From the NCBI GenBank assembly GCA_913060465.1, contig CAJXTR010000001.1:1-62352 (forward strand): DNA of 62,352 nt, written 5' to 3'. The position numbers were made by a program, and so were the translations under genes. Below the pieces are notes generated by a model. The model was not told the DNA's origin, ran no database searches, and saw nothing but the letters and a program-made list of their open reading frames with translations. Source of the stretch: an uncultured Cryomorphaceae bacterium. GTDB taxonomy: Bacteria; Bacteroidota; Bacteroidia; Flavobacteriales; Schleiferiaceae. This document shows, in pieces, positions 62,220-62,352 of the stretch. Numbering within the stretch: position 1 is the stretch's first letter; the number at the start of each line of letters is the position of its first letter.

Positions 62220-62352
62220 ATCACCTCGACAAAATATAAAAGCGTTTTTTGTGATTTTAAGCATGTAAATAGATGCATAAAATTTTTACAGTGTAGCGAT
62301 AAACTGTTTTAGCCTGGAATAGTTAAAAGAGAAACGAAAATCAGACAAATGG

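Noticed and set aside
62200-62352. tRNA gene as an integration hotspot or genomic island border
   Set aside because: Only about 150 nt follow the tRNA in this window. No integrase, direct repeat of the tRNA 3' end, or mobile gene is visible.
1-62352. CRISPR arrays, rRNA, transposases/IS elements, toxin-antitoxin pairs and known defence systems
   Set aside because: I found no regularly spaced direct repeats, no rRNA-like segments, no DDE, serine or tyrosine recombinase ORFs, and no small adjacent ORF pairs with TA-like features in the six-frame track or the raw sequence.

Overview
This is a chromosomal, mostly core-genome window from a Bacteroidota bacterium that looks like Flavobacteriia. 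The supporting signs are bamD-rpoZ-coaBC-DUF4835-recN synteny, TAnnTTTG -7 promoter boxes, a T9SS C-terminal sorting domain and a CI-like S24 'non-canonical LexA'. I call about 57 protein genes, one tRNA (anticodon CAU), one cobalamin riboswitch, several intrinsic terminators and several -7 promoter boxes. I saw no rRNA, CRISPR array, transposase, integrase or recognisable phage or defence genes. Four loci stand out. (1) 10754-17490 is a predicted light and B12 module. A CarH/LitR-type MerR-B12 photoreceptor repressor and a reiterated TGTTTG operator array precede an ECF sigma that is co-transcribed with crtI-crtB-idi, a eukaryote-like PTPS, folE and a photolyase. (2) 19790-25392 is a seven-gene translationally coupled operon: DUF456, a compact ABC ATPase, a MacB/FtsX-type permease, two secreted CxxC paralogs (DUF3299-like), a BatA_N membrane protein and a dihydroorotase-like protein with altered metal ligands. 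I consider it the best candidate for an uncharacterised system, possibly for metal acquisition or zinc sparing. (3) 33673-39729 is an SOS-type mutagenesis cassette (CI-like LexA, catalytically intact Y-family polymerase, SRAP, DnaE2) with no imuA and a perfect 12-bp palindrome in its promoter. (4) 45891-48876 is a B12-riboswitch-controlled TonB receptor plus a beta-propeller lipoprotein. All functional calls rest on motif and synteny recognition by eye. No database search was run.
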